A stretch of DNA of 64,000 nucleotides, from contig CAVTRY010000012.1 in assembly GCA_963737265.1 (NCBI GenBank), positions 320,001 to 384,000 on the forward strand, in the 5' to 3' direction. The stretch's first letter is position 1; each line of letters begins with the position of its first letter. A program made the translations under genes and the position numbers. Under the pieces are notes generated by a model, which was not told the DNA's origin, ran no database searches, and was given only the letters and a program-made list of their open reading frames with translations. Source of the DNA: an uncultured delta proteobacterium (GTDB lineage Bacteria; Myxococcota_A; Polyangia; Fen-1088). Shown piece after piece: positions 19,135 to 29,049 of the stretch.

Positions 19135-20810
19135 GACGTCGATTCCTGGCCCTGTCGCTTTTGCTTTTGCCTTTTCCGGCCTGCAACGACGCCATCCCCA
19201 GCGATGCGACGCCCAACGATCTGCTGGCCACCGTGGCGCTCCAAGATCGCGTCGCCTTCGTCGAGAAGAATTCGCACACGGCGTTCCTGCTCGATCCCAC
19301 CGACAAGGCGCTCGTACCGCGCATGGTACAGGTCGGCAAGGCACCCGTCGCGGCGGTCAAGCGCAACGGCGATACCAACAACCAACTCCTCGTGCTGAGC
19401 AGCGGCGACCGCGGCTCGGCCCAAAACGCCCCCGTGGCGCCGCAGCTTGAGGCCATCGACGCGGTGGCTAGCGTGGCGCCCGTGACCTTCACTCTCGCCA
19501 GCCCTTTCGACGGCTTGGCCCAGTCGGCGGATGGCGCATTCGTCGTCCTTTACCATGCGTCGTCGACGCAAAGCTCCGCCAATTCCGCCCTCTTCAACCC
19601 CAACGAGCTGGCCATCGTCAATTTCAACCCGCAAGCCGCGGTTCCGCCCCTCGCGAACCCGTACGCCAAATCGATTCGCAGCTTCGGCGGCGTGCCGAGC
19701 AGCGTGGTGTTCTCGCCCTCGTTCACGTTCGCGGGCAAGTCGCGCACGCTGGCGGTGGTGTTGGCCGAGAACTACGTGACCATCGTCGACCTCAACAACC
19801 CCGACCGCAGCGAAATCACGGTACCGCTCTCGCCTGACGGCACGAGCAGCTTCATGCCGGCGCAAGTTCTGTTCGACAGCGACGATCCCAGCACCACCGC
19901 CAATCCCAAGAGCTACATCTACATACGGGCCGACGGTTCGGACGACATCTTCCAGCTTGCCCTCGCCGACCTCGGTACCGCACCGTCAACGTCGTCCAGC
20001 AACGACTTCCGCGTCTCGCTTTCCATGCTGGCAGCGGGAACCGGTCCGGCGGAGATGGCCCTCTATGGCACGGGCACCGCCAAGCGCCTGGTGGTGGCGG
20101 CGTCCGGCAGTCGGACCCTGGTGATTATCGATCCCAGCACGAGCAGCACGACCAGCGTGCCGACGTCCATTCCGGTCAATCGCATCGTGCGCTTCGACAC
20201 CACGAAAGCGACGGTGCCGACCGCGACGACGGACGAACAGGCCCTGCTCGTCGACGTCAGCAGCGGCAGCAGCAACGTGCTGTTCGCGGATTTGCACTCC
20301 ATCGAAACCTCGGGCGCCATCGCGCTCACCAGCTATCCATTGGGTTCGAGCGCCACTTCGGTGGTGCCGCTCGTCGATCAAGGAATCGCGGTGCTCATGC
20401 TTAACCAGTACGGCGGTTCGACGGCTCTTACGGTGGTGGATCTGGCCAACCGCACATTTTCCCCGATTGGAGCGGGCGGCCAGGTGGGCGCCACCGTCAT
20501 CGAGACGCGGGCGCCGAGCCGGCTGTGGAGCATCGATGCATCGTACGGGCTCAATTACCTAAACCTGGTGGCGCGCGGAAGCCAAGCACGCCTCGCGACC
20601 AGCGAGATCTGGCTGGACCAGGTCATCACCAGCGTCATTCCCTTCGGCTGGCCGAGCTCGGGTAAGCCCCACTATCTGGCCGTGGGGCAGGACGACCCAA
20701 ACAACGTCGGCAACGTGACGTTCCTCGATGCGGACAACCCCGACCGAACCACCGCGCGAACGGCCTACGGCTTTCTGCTGACAAACACCCTGGAGCGAGG
20801 ACAACCATGA
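19131..20810 (+). CDS. Second beta-propeller-like lipoprotein
   Basis: ATGA overlap with the previous gene; FPAC lipobox; beta-rich, with ELAIVN/VTIVDL blades. Confidence 0.75.
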   Translation: MRRRFLALSLLLLPFPACNDAIPSDATPNDLLATVALQDRVAFVEKNSHTAFLLDPTDKALVPRMVQVGKAPVAAVKRNGDTNNQLLVLSSGDRGSAQNAPVAPQLEAIDAVASVAPVTFTLASPFDGLAQSADGAFVVLYHASSTQSSANSALFNPNELAIVNFNPQAAVPPLANPYAKSIRSFGGVPSSVVFSPSFTFAGKSRTLAVVLAENYVTIVDLNNPDRSEITVPLSPDGTSSFMPAQVLFDSDDPSTTANPKSYIYIRADGSDDIFQLALADLGTAPSTSSSNDFRVSLSMLAAGTGPAEMALYGTGTAKRLVVAASGSRTLVIIDPSTSSTTSVPTSIPVNRIVRFDTTKATVPTATTDEQALLVDVSSGSSNVLFADLHSIETSGAIALTSYPLGSSATSVVPLVDQGIAVLMLNQYGGSTALTVVDLANRTFSPIGAGGQVGATVIETRAPSRLWSIDASYGLNYLNLVARGSQARLATSEIWLDQVITSVIPFGWPSSGKPHYLAVGQDDPNNVGNVTFLDADNPDRTTARTAYGFLLTNTLERGQP

Positions 20811-21625
20811 CCACGGCGAAGACGTTGACAATGCGTGCAACCTACTCTGGATTGCTGATTCTGGCCGCCGCGCTGCCTTCCGCCGGCGCGGTCGCGCAAG
20901 CGGAATCGGATGCCGCGCCCGCTTGGCCATACGTGTACGCGCCCGCGCCACCCCTGCCTCTTCCCCCGCCAGCCGCACCCGCGCCACCGGTCTGGTCGTG
21001 GGCGCCGTCCCGTTTTGGTGTCGCGCTCGAGATCGGAACGATCTGGCCTCTCGACGCCGCGGACCGGCGACTGGTGGGGAATAATGCCCCCGGCAGCGGA
21101 GGACTTTCCCTGCAATGGGACGCTTTGCGCCTCGAACGCATCGCCACGATCGGTGTGGATCTCGGCTGGCTGACGAGCAAATCCACGACGAGTCAGGATT
21201 TTTCCGGGTTGCAGGAAGACCTCAAGAGCAATTCGATTTTTCTCGGCGTTTCCGTGCGCCACTATCTGCACTACTGGCTCGCTCCCTATGCGCGAGTCGC
21301 GGGTGGCATCGGCTGGGACAGCTTGACCGTGGGCAGCGGCAGCGGCGACCTTCACGACCGGCGTGCGTTCGGCGAAGCATCCGTCGGCGGCGGGCTCTTC
21401 TTCCGATCGCCACGTCTGCGCCTCGGGGCTTCAGCTTCGGCACCGGACGTCGGCCTGATGGCCCACGTCGAAGGTGGCTATATCGTGGGCACCAGCTCGG
21501 ATTTCGTTTTGACGTCCGCGCCGGCGAACGCAGCCTCGACCCCCATTCCAACTAGTCCCGTGGCCATCGGCAAGGTCGGGCACGACGCTCCCTACCTGCG
21601 CATCTCGTTCGGCCTCGCGTTCTGA
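20807..21625 (+). CDS. Outer-membrane beta-barrel protein
   Basis: ATGA overlap; signal peptide and Pro-rich linker; amphipathic strands (LAPYARVAGGIGW); C-terminal beta-signal YLRISFGLAF. Confidence 0.75.
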   Translation: MTTAKTLTMRATYSGLLILAAALPSAGAVAQAESDAAPAWPYVYAPAPPLPLPPPAAPAPPVWSWAPSRFGVALEIGTIWPLDAADRRLVGNNAPGSGGLSLQWDALRLERIATIGVDLGWLTSKSTTSQDFSGLQEDLKSNSIFLGVSVRHYLHYWLAPYARVAGGIGWDSLTVGSGSGDLHDRRAFGEASVGGGLFFRSPRLRLGASASAPDVGLMAHVEGGYIVGTSSDFVLTSAPANAASTPIPTSPVAIGKVGHDAPYLRISFGLAF

Positions 21626-21647
21626 CCTTGGGAAACGCCCGCCGCGG

Positions 21648-21725
21648 CCGTCATCGTGGCCGTGGTCGTGGTCGTGGTGATCTTCGTCGGACACGGCGGC
21701 CACGACGACGACGTCTACGACCACC
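21648..21725. repeat. Fold-back array of degenerate hexamers (TCGTGG)n...(CCACGA)n
   Basis: Left arm CCGTCA TCGTGG CCGTGG TCGTGG TCGTGG; right arm GCC ACGACG ACG..ACGACCACC; lies between convergent genes. Confidence 0.65.
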
Positions 21726-21727
21726 AT

Positions 21728-22306
21728 TCAGCGCCCCAACTGGGTGGCGCGTCCATCCTGGAAAGTCGCCCTTTTTCTGCCGCCTTCCGCGACGTCGCTG
21801 CGCTTGTCGCGGCATTGCGGGGTGCTTCCCTGAAATGGGGGCTGGGGCTTCACCTCGCTGGGATCGGAAGGAAAGACAGGGAGGAACGGAGGATCAGAGG
21901 GATCAAGGGTTGGGTTCACGAGGCGGCGGAGACCCTCGCGAAGTACGGGGACGTGGAAATTGACGAGCAGGCCCACCGGCAGTCGTAGGAGCTTGAGATA
22001 GGTAATGACCTGTGCCAAGTGGACAGGAAGCAACCGTTCTACCGCCTTGACTTCGACCACCAAACGGCCTTCCACCACGAGGTCGAGGCGATAGCCGCAG
22101 TCAAGGTCAAGTCCTTTGTACTGCAGAGGAATCGCGACCTGACGTTGCGTGCGAAATCCACGCAGGCCTAGCTCGCGCGCCAGGCAGTGCTCGTAGGCCG
22201 ACTCAAGCAGCCCCGGACCGAGGTGACGGTGGACCTCGATGCAGGCGGCGATAATTTGCCCAGTAAAGTTATGCTGTCTCTGATTCTCCGTTCCTCCCTG
22301 TTCCAT
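21728..22306 (-). CDS. GxxExxY protein (PD-(D/E)xK nuclease-like) with C-terminal read-through extension
   Basis: LGPGLLESAYE, YRLDLVVE, VVEVKAV, QVITYLK, GLLVNF. The family core ends at GLRRLVN (about 21915). Confidence 0.9.
   Translation of the reverse strand: MEQGGTENQRQHNFTGQIIAACIEVHRHLGPGLLESAYEHCLARELGLRGFRTQRQVAIPLQYKGLDLDCGYRLDLVVEGRLVVEVKAVERLLPVHLAQVITYLKLLRLPVGLLVNFHVPVLREGLRRLVNPTLDPSDPPFLPVFPSDPSEVKPQPPFQGSTPQCRDKRSDVAEGGRKRATFQDGRATQLGR
21876..22301. repeat. 24-bp inverted repeat enclosing the GxxExxY core
   Basis: ACAGGGAGGAACGGAGGATCAGAG (21876-21899) versus the reverse complement of 22278-22301, ACAGGGAGGAACGGAGAATCAGAG: 23/24 match. Confidence 0.85.
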
Positions 22307-22493
22307 ATCTGCGTTTTCGGCGGCACTCCGCCAGAAGTTGCTACCTCACCGAGCCGCCGGCTGGGCCCCCGTTTCAGGGATGCACCCGGCATTGCGGACA
22401 GAGTCGCTTTCTTCGGCGTTCTTCTGATAATGTCGGAGCCGGGTAGGGCTAGGCACCGCGCCACATCCGGGGTGACAGCCCGTCCCGGACGCC

Positions 22494-25340
22494 ATGAAGA
22501 AGATCGTCGTCAAAGGCGCGCGCGAGCACAACCTCAAGAACATCGACGTGGAGATCCCACGCGACAAGCTCGTGGTGATCACCGGGCTGTCGGGTTCGGG
22601 CAAGTCGTCGCTGGCTTTCGACACCATCTATGCCGAAGGGCAGCGCCGTTACGTCGAATCGCTGTCGGCTTACGCACGCCAATTTCTCGAACAGCGCGGC
22701 AAGCCCGACGTGGATTCCATCGACGGACTGTCGCCGGCCATCGCCATCGAGCAGAAGTCGGGCAGCCGCAACCCGCGCTCCAGCGTCGGCACGGTCACGG
22801 AAATCTACGACTATCTGCGCCTTTTGTGGGCACGCGTGGGCGAGGTCTATTGCTGGAAGTGCGGCCAGCGCATTTTTTCGCAAACCATCCCGCAGATGGT
22901 GGATCGGGTGCTCGGCTTCCCCGAGGGCACGCGCTTTTCCGTGCTGGCGCCCGTGGTGCGCGACAAGAAGGGCGACTACGCCGGCGAGCTCAATCGCTTG
23001 CGCCAGGACGGTTTCGTGCGCGCCAACATCGACGGCGAGCTGTGCGAGCTGGCAGAGCCGCCCAAGCTCGACAAGGCCCAGAAGCACACCATCGAGGTCT
23101 TTGTCGACCGCTTGGTGCGCAAGGCGGGCATCGAACAGCGCCTGGCCGAATCCATCGAGCTCGCCGCCAAGCTGGGCAACGGGCTGGTGAAGATCTCGCC
23201 CTTGGAGGGCGACGATCTGCTGTTTTCGCAGAAATTCGCCTGCCCCGATTGCGGCGTGGGCCTGCCTGAAATCGGGCCGAGCCTGTTTTCCTTCAACAAC
23301 CCCGCCGGTGCTTGTCCGGCCTGCGACGGCATCGGCGCCACCATGTTTTTCGACCCCGATCTCGTGGTCGGCAATCCCGATCTGTGCCTGCGCGAAGGCG
23401 CCATCGATCCGTGGGAACGACGCAACAGCGCCTTCTTCCAGCAGGTTCTCGACGCGGTTTCGACAGCGTTCGACATCGATCTGTACCAGCCGTGGCACAA
23501 ACTGCCGGCCGAGAAGCGCAAGCTGATCCTGGAGGGTTCGGGCGGCAAGGAAATTCAATTTACCTTCGACAAGAACGGCCGCCAGCACACCTTCAAGAAG
23601 GAATTCGAAGGCGTGCTGGCGAATCTGCAGCGCCGCTTCGACGACTATCAGCGCCGCCGGCGCGAACAGGGGCGCAACAGCGACGAAGACTTCGAAGCGC
23701 TCTACGACGAGTTTCATCGCTACATGTCGCATTCGCCGTGCGCGGAATGCGGCGGCACGCGCCTGCGCAAGGAAGCACGCCACGTGCGCGTGGGCGGCAA
23801 GAACATCGTCGAGGTCACCGCTCTCACCGTCGCGCAGGTTCACGACTTCGTTCGCGGCCTGCCGCTGTCCCGGCGCGACTGGCAAGTGTGCCACCGCATC
23901 GTGCGCGAGGTGACGGCGCGCTTGTCCTTCCTCATCAGCGTGGGCGTGGACTACCTGTCCCTCGACCGTTCCGCGGCCACGCTGTCGGGCGGCGAGAGTC
24001 AGCGCATCCGCCTGGCCACGCAAATCGGCAGCGGTCTGCAAGGCGTGCTCTACATTCTCGACGAGCCGTCGATTGGACTTCACCAACGCGACAACGCCCG
24101 CCTCATCGAAACGCTCACCAAGCTGCGCGACCTCGGCAACACCGTGCTGGTGGTCGAGCACGACGAAGACATGATTCGCATCGCGGATCACGTCATCGAC
24201 ATGGGGCCGCGCGCGGGCGAGCTTGGCGGGCGCGTGGTCGCCGAGGGAACGCCCGAGGAAATCGAAAAGAACCCGCAGTCGCTCACCGGCGCCTATTTGT
24301 CGGGCGAAAAGGCCATTCACATCCCCAAGCACCGCCGACAAGCAAACCACCGCAGCCTGCTTCTGCAAGGTGCGCGCACCCACAACTTGCGCAACCTCAC
24401 CGTGTCCTTCCCGCTCGGCGTGCTCACCTGCGTGACCGGCGTTTCAGGGTCGGGAAAATCCAGCCTCATCGTCGACACCTTGCTGCCCGTGCTCAAGCAG
24501 CGCCTGCACGGCGCGCGGCCCGCGGACGCCGTGTTCGACGCCATCGAGGGCCTAGCCCACGTCGACAAGGTCATCGACATCGACCAGGCCCCCATCGGCC
24601 GCACCCCGCGCTCGAACCCCGCCACCTTCACCGGCATCTTCACCCACATTCGCGATCTCTTCGCCAACCTGCCCGAATCGAAAGCGCGCGGCTACAAGGC
24701 CGGGCGCTATTCCTTCAACATCAAGGGCGGGCGCTGCGAAGCCTGCCAGGGCGACGGCATTCTGCGCATCGAAATGCACTTCCTGCCCGACGTCTACGTC
24801 GAGTGCGAGGCGTGCGGCGGCCGGCGCTACAGCCGCGAAACCCTGGAAGTGAAGTACCGCCAAGCCAGTATCGCCGACGTGCTCGACATGACGGTCGGCC
24901 AGGCCTGCGGCTTTTTGCAAAACATTCCCAAGCTGCAACAGAAGCTCGAAACCCTGCGCGAGGTCGGCCTCGGCTACATCAAGCTCGGCCAGGCCGCGAC
25001 CACGCTCTCCGGCGGCGAAGCGCAGCGGATCAAGCTGTCCAAAGAGCTGGTCAAGCGCGCCACCGGCCGCACCGTCTACGTCTTCGACGAACCCACCACT
25101 GGCCTGCACTTCGCCGACATCGATCAATTGCTGCAAGTGCTGTCGCGCCTGGTCGACGCCGGCAACACCGTCATCGTCATCGAGCACAACCTGGACGTCA
25201 TCAAGACCGCGGATTACGTCATCGACCTCGGCCCCGAAGGCGGTCCCGGCGGTGGCCAAATCGTCGCTCAGGGAACCCCCGAAGACGTGGCCAAGGTCGC
25301 CGCCAGCCACACCGGCCAGTTCTTGAGGAAGGTGCTGTAG
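22494..25340 (+). CDS. uvrA: Excinuclease ABC subunit A
   Basis: [23 protein letters not shown], second Walker [14 protein letters not shown] signatures, zinc fingers; 948 aa. Confidence 0.99.
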   Translation: MKKIVVKGAREHNLKNIDVEIPRDKLVVITGLSGSGKSSLAFDTIYAEGQRRYVESLSAYARQFLEQRGKPDVDSIDGLSPAIAIEQKSGSRNPRSSVGTVTEIYDYLRLLWARVGEVYCWKCGQRIFSQTIPQMVDRVLGFPEGTRFSVLAPVVRDKKGDYAGELNRLRQDGFVRANIDGELCELAEPPKLDKAQKHTIEVFVDRLVRKAGIEQRLAESIELAAKLGNGLVKISPLEGDDLLFSQKFACPDCGVGLPEIGPSLFSFNNPAGACPACDGIGATMFFDPDLVVGNPDLCLREGAIDPWERRNSAFFQQVLDAVSTAFDIDLYQPWHKLPAEKRKLILEGSGGKEIQFTFDKNGRQHTFKKEFEGVLANLQRRFDDYQRRRREQGRNSDEDFEALYDEFHRYMSHSPCAECGGTRLRKEARHVRVGGKNIVEVTALTVAQVHDFVRGLPLSRRDWQVCHRIVREVTARLSFLISVGVDYLSLDRSAATLSGGESQRIRLATQIGSGLQGVLYILDEPSIGLHQRDNARLIETLTKLRDLGNTVLVVEHDEDMIRIADHVIDMGPRAGELGGRVVAEGTPEEIEKNPQSLTGAYLSGEKAIHIPKHRRQANHRSLLLQGARTHNLRNLTVSFPLGVLTCVTGVSGSGKSSLIVDTLLPVLKQRLHGARPADAVFDAIEGLAHVDKVIDIDQAPIGRTPRSNPATFTGIFTHIRDLFANLPESKARGYKAGRYSFNIKGGRCEACQGDGILRIEMHFLPDVYVECEACGGRRYSRETLEVKYRQASIADVLDMTVGQACGFLQNIPKLQQKLETLREVGLGYIKLGQAATTLSGGEAQRIKLSKELVKRATGRTVYVFDEPTTGLHFADIDQLLQVLSRLVDAGNTVIVIEHNLDVIKTADYVIDLGPEGGPGGGQIVAQGTPEDVAKVAASHTGQFLRKVL

Positions 25341-25642
25341 CGAAGTCGATCCTGGTCAGTCACGCGGCACGCGACCCCGCCTGGTACCAAAATTCGATCG
25401 CACCCGCTCACGTCCGCTACCAATTTAGGATCGTCGAAAAGCGAAGGAACTCCCGGTGTTTGACGAAGGTGCCGGGAGCTTGCGGTGGGGCACGAAAAGG
25501 GAACGTAATCCGAGATCACGGGCCGAAAGTCACCACGCACCAAAGCATCAAACGCGCGTACCGCAGCAGACTCGCGCCGGCGCAAGATGCCGCGAACGAG
25601 GATGTTGGTATCAACGACCGCTCTAACGAGTGCCCGCGGCAC
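25341..25642 (-). pseudogene. Degenerate PIN-domain toxin
   Basis: VRAVVDTNILVRG PIN N-terminus; the frame degenerates after ISDYV and the 3' part is cut at the uvrA end. Confidence 0.7.
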
Positions 25643-25838
25643 GCCGGACTCGCTTCACGGCTCGGTTGACCACACGGTCGACATGACCATCCGCCCCGCT
25701 ATCACCTCGGCGTCGCACCTGGTTGACGAGAATGCGCAGCCGCATCTGAGGCGTCATCACAGCTTCGAGAAGCTGGGCCTTGTCCTCCATGGGCAGCGCA
25801 TCGATGCGCTGCTTAATTGCTGCCAATCCGCGCGTCAT
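25623..25838 (-). CDS. Small putative antitoxin upstream of the PIN remnant
   Basis: 71 aa, overlapping the PIN start; preceded by TGtTACACT-N7-ATG. Confidence 0.55.
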   Translation of the reverse strand: MTRGLAAIKQRIDALPMEDKAQLLEAVMTPQMRLRILVNQVRRRGDSGADGHVDRVVNRAVKRVRRAAGTR

Positions 25839-25912
25839 GGGAAGAAGTGTAACACGGGTGATACGCACGTGACCTTGAAGCGTCGGACCCAAATGGTCAG
25901 CCTCCTCCCGTT

Positions 25913-26107
25913 TCGACGCCGGCAACACCGTCATCGTCATCGAGCACAACCTGGACGTCATCAAGACCGCGGACTACGTCATCGACCTCGGCCCCGAAGG
26001 CGGTCCCGGCGGTGGCCAAATCGTCGCCCAGGGAACCCCCGAAGACGTGGCCAAGGTCGCCGCCAGCCACACCGGTCAGCTTCTGAGGAAGGTGCTGTAG
26101 CGGAGTC
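25913..26107 (+). repeat. Direct copy of the uvrA 3' end (25153-25347)
   Basis: 195 bp with 7 mismatches; includes the stop codon. Confidence 0.95.
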
Positions 26108-26539
26108 CTATTTTACCTCGCCGCCGACCTCGCCGATGCGCAGGCGTATCGCCGCCACGAATGCCTCGAAATCGGGCAAGTGGCGGTCGAGAACATCGCG
26201 CACCACATCGACGTCAACCTCGGCGTAGCCGTGGACCAGCACGTTTCGGAAACCACCCATGTCGCGCATGACGCCGGTCAGGGAAGGCGTGAGCCATCCG
26301 TGTCGGCCGAGCAACTCGAACAGCTCACGATTCGTGCGCGGTTCGCCGAGCCGGTTGTCCGACACGACATGAGAGGCGACGTCGAGTGCAGCTTGGATGG
26401 CGATCTGCAGGGTGTGCTCCACGAACCGGATCTCGCGCACGTCCGTGGACAATCGATCAGGCTTCGCCTGCTGGCGCAGCTCGCGCAGGCACGTCTCGAT
26501 GAACGCCAGCTTCTTGGCGACGAGATCCCGGTCGGTCAC
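26108..26539 (-). CDS. hepT: HEPN/DUF86 ribonuclease toxin (type VII TA)
   Basis: Rx4H motif RNVLVHGY; ATGA overlap with the MNT gene. Confidence 0.88.
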   Translation of the reverse strand: MTDRDLVAKKLAFIETCLRELRQQAKPDRLSTDVREIRFVEHTLQIAIQAALDVASHVVSDNRLGEPRTNRELFELLGRHGWLTPSLTGVMRDMGGFRNVLVHGYAEVDVDVVRDVLDRHLPDFEAFVAAIRLRIGEVGGEVK

Positions 26540-26943
26540 GCGGCACGCACCCCAGGCGCTCTTCGATAGCGCCGGAGCGCCGGCAGAATATCGAAGTACG
26601 CGTTGCGCGCGTCCACCTCGAACCGGATGCGCGCGGAACGATTGTTCTCGACCACGATCAGCCCGTCGCGCAGAACGCGGTGGACCAGATCCGGCGGCTG
26701 ACTGTCGAGCACCACCAGATCGACCCGCCGGCCGAGGCGCGTCTCCAGGTCACCGGCCAGGCCCAGCTTCAGCCCTGCCAGGCCCGAGTCCACCGGCCTG
26801 CCGTACAAGACAGCCACGTCCACGTCGCTGTCCGGCCCGCCTTCCCCGCGCGCCACGCTGCCGAACAGGTAGACGGCAGCCGCGTCCTCGTTTCCCGCCG
26901 CAAAAAACCGCGAGATCTCCTGTGCGAGCCGGTCGCGGTCCAC
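26536..26943 (-). CDS. mntA: Minimal nucleotidyltransferase antitoxin
   Basis: YLFGSVARG...DSDVDVAV; RVDLVVL. Confidence 0.88.
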   Translation of the reverse strand: MDRDRLAQEISRFFAAGNEDAAAVYLFGSVARGEGGPDSDVDVAVLYGRPVDSGLAGLKLGLAGDLETRLGRRVDLVVLDSQPPDLVHRVLRDGLIVVENNRSARIRFEVDARNAYFDILPALRRYRRAPGVRAA

Positions 26944-26987
26944 GCCGTTAGTCTACCCCATGGTCGACGCGGGCAACACAAGACTAT

Positions 26988-27773
26988 TCAACCACTTTCA
27001 ACCATGGCGGGAAGGACGCCACCGGGCCGACCGAAGTGCGGCACGACCTTGTCGTCAGGGCCCGGCTGAATGAAGGTCTTCTTCGCGGGTGAATAAAAGA
27101 GGCACCCAATCTCGCCCGGATCGCGAGTCGAGAGAAAACGCTCCGCATCCGCCAGGGCGGCAAGCCAGCGCGCCTTCAGTTCGGGCAGGTCGACTGGCCC
27201 CACGAGATGGAGGCGGGCGAAATCCTCCGGCCGGTACTTGCCCCGACGGCGCAAGAGATCGAGAAGCATCGCTGGCGTGAACCCCGGATCCTTGCCCGCG
27301 GCGGCCCAGCACAAAGCGCCCAGGGGCAAGACACGCATCGCCTCGTGGATGTCGAGATAGTCGCGCGGTTCGTCACGCCCGACTAGCGCCAGCAGCTTGT
27401 TGATGGCCAAGTCGATCGGGTTCAAATGGAAGCCCGTGCGTTGCGTGCGAATCGTGGGCAGAAAACGCCAGGCCGAATCGTGCGCCCATTCTATCTTCGT
27501 CGCGTCGTCATGGTTCCGCACCAAGGCGCGCACGAAGCCAGGTTGCCGCATCAAGGTCTCGACCTCGAAGCCCGCTTGCACAAGCAGCTGGCTATCGTCC
27601 ACGAACGCCCTCGCGACCCGCTCCTCGGAATCGTGAAAGTAGTCGAGGTCGTTGCTGTAGCGTTTCGAGTTGGGCTCGATGTGCATCGCTGCTCCGCCAG
27701 CCAGGTAGCTGTCGGGTGAACGATTGACCGCGAGCAACTCGGCGATTGCGGCCTGAAAGGTCGTTAGCGGCAT
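26988..27773 (-). CDS. AbiEii-like nucleotidyltransferase
   Basis: YLAGGAA, RYSNDLDYF, NKLLAL, EPRDYLD. Confidence 0.75.
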   Translation of the reverse strand: MPLTTFQAAIAELLAVNRSPDSYLAGGAAMHIEPNSKRYSNDLDYFHDSEERVARAFVDDSQLLVQAGFEVETLMRQPGFVRALVRNHDDATKIEWAHDSAWRFLPTIRTQRTGFHLNPIDLAINKLLALVGRDEPRDYLDIHEAMRVLPLGALCWAAAGKDPGFTPAMLLDLLRRRGKYRPEDFARLHLVGPVDLPELKARWLAALADAERFLSTRDPGEIGCLFYSPAKKTFIQPGPDDKVVPHFGRPGGVLPAMVESG

Positions 27774-28030
27774 AGCCTTCCCCCAATCCGCCAGCCCTCG
27801 CGGCCGCCATGGGTCATGAGTTGCCGAGCGACCCAAGGGATGTCGGCCGCCGCGACGACATAGCTCTTCGGCGACGACCAGAAACACCTTGCATGGAAAC
27901 GCGCGAAGGCCCGCCTGGCCTCGCGCAGCCAGACCATCTGCCTGGCGGTATCCGGGTGGAGAGCCCGGCGGCTGCGGCGCCCCCCGCGGCGGCCGATTTC
28001 GGCCAGGTAGGATCGGACCTCAGGCGTCAT
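27764..28030 (-). CDS. Small partner (putative antitoxin) of the AbiEii-like gene
   Basis: 88 aa, overlapping the downstream start; CFWS...LMTHGGREGW; leaderless-type promoter TACGAT-N6-ATG. Confidence 0.65.
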   Translation of the reverse strand: MTPEVRSYLAEIGRRGGRRSRRALHPDTARQMVWLREARRAFARFHARCFWSSPKSYVVAAADIPWVARQLMTHGGREGWRIGGRLCR

Positions 28031-28245
28031 CCTAGGATCGTATGCCGCTTATGATAATAGTCAAGTAAGCCAGAGAAGTTAAGGACCATTCGGTGATTCG
28101 ACTCGTCATCCACTCTCCGGCCGAGAGCGCTCCGCGGGTCGCGGGGCCACGGGGCCGGAAAAGCTTTATTTGCCTGGAGAATTTTTTCGATGACTGCGGT
28201 TGCCGGTTCGTGACATATTCCGCGCCTGGTTGCGCGAGTTAGACG

Positions 28246-29049
28246 ATGCAAATCCAAATTCGCTTTTTCTTGATCGTATTGCTCACGTTGGTGGGGGCGC
28301 CCGCTTTTGCCAAGGGAAAGCCGTCCAAGACGGCGGAGCCCACCAGCAAGGAATCCCAAGAACGCGAGGCGCGCAAAGCCTGCCTTGAGGGTGACTATGC
28401 CAAAGGCGTGTCGATTCTCTCAGAGCTCTTCCTCAACTCAAAAAATCCCACGTACATCTTCAACCAAGGGCGCTGCTACGAGCAGTCCGAGAGGTACCAC
28501 GACGCTGTGAGTCGGTTTCGCGAATATATTCGTACGCCGGGCAGCGAGGACCCCGCGCTGGCGCAAAAGCACATCGCCGAGTGCGAGGAGCTGGAAGCTA
28601 AGAAGAACCCACCCGTTGTAGCACCAGCGCCTCAACCAGCGACCCAGCCGAGGTCGGCGATGTCGGCGACATCGGCCCAGCCAGAACAAGTCGTCGCGAT
28701 TCAGCAGCCGCAGCCGATGTCCTCGTCGGGCTCGGGGCTGCGCGTGTCGGGTGTGGTGATCGCCAGCGTTGGTGTGGCAGCGGCGGCTGGCGGCGTCATC
28801 CTCAACCTCAAAGCCAACAGCCTTGCGAAGAGCATCACGCCTCCCAACACCTACGACCGAGGCAAGGAATCGACCAGGCAGAGCTACGAAACCTTCAGTT
28901 GGGTTGGCTATGGCGTTGGCGCTGGGGCTATCGTGACTGGCGCGATCCTCTATGGCGTCGGCTTGAGCAAGGGCGGCGGCGATAGCGTGGCCTTGCTTCC
29001 CACGGTCGGACCGGGGCTCGTGGGTGCGGCTCTTCGGGGTGCCTTCTAA
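28246..29049 (+). CDS. TPR-like protein with hydrophobic hairpin and C-terminal Phe
   Basis: NPTYIFNQGRCYEQ; paralog of 12182..12958; ends ALRGAF; TAATG overlap with the next gene. Confidence 0.8.
   Translation: MQIQIRFFLIVLLTLVGAPAFAKGKPSKTAEPTSKESQEREARKACLEGDYAKGVSILSELFLNSKNPTYIFNQGRCYEQSERYHDAVSRFREYIRTPGSEDPALAQKHIAECEELEAKKNPPVVAPAPQPATQPRSAMSATSAQPEQVVAIQQPQPMSSSGSGLRVSGVVIASVGVAAAAGGVILNLKANSLAKSITPPNTYDRGKESTRQSYETFSWVGYGVGAGAIVTGAILYGVGLSKGGGDSVALLPTVGPGLVGAALRGAF

Noticed and set aside
22449-25669. Long ORFs 22449..24383 (-) and 23312..25669 (+)
   Set aside because: Stop-poor alternative frames of high-GC uvrA.
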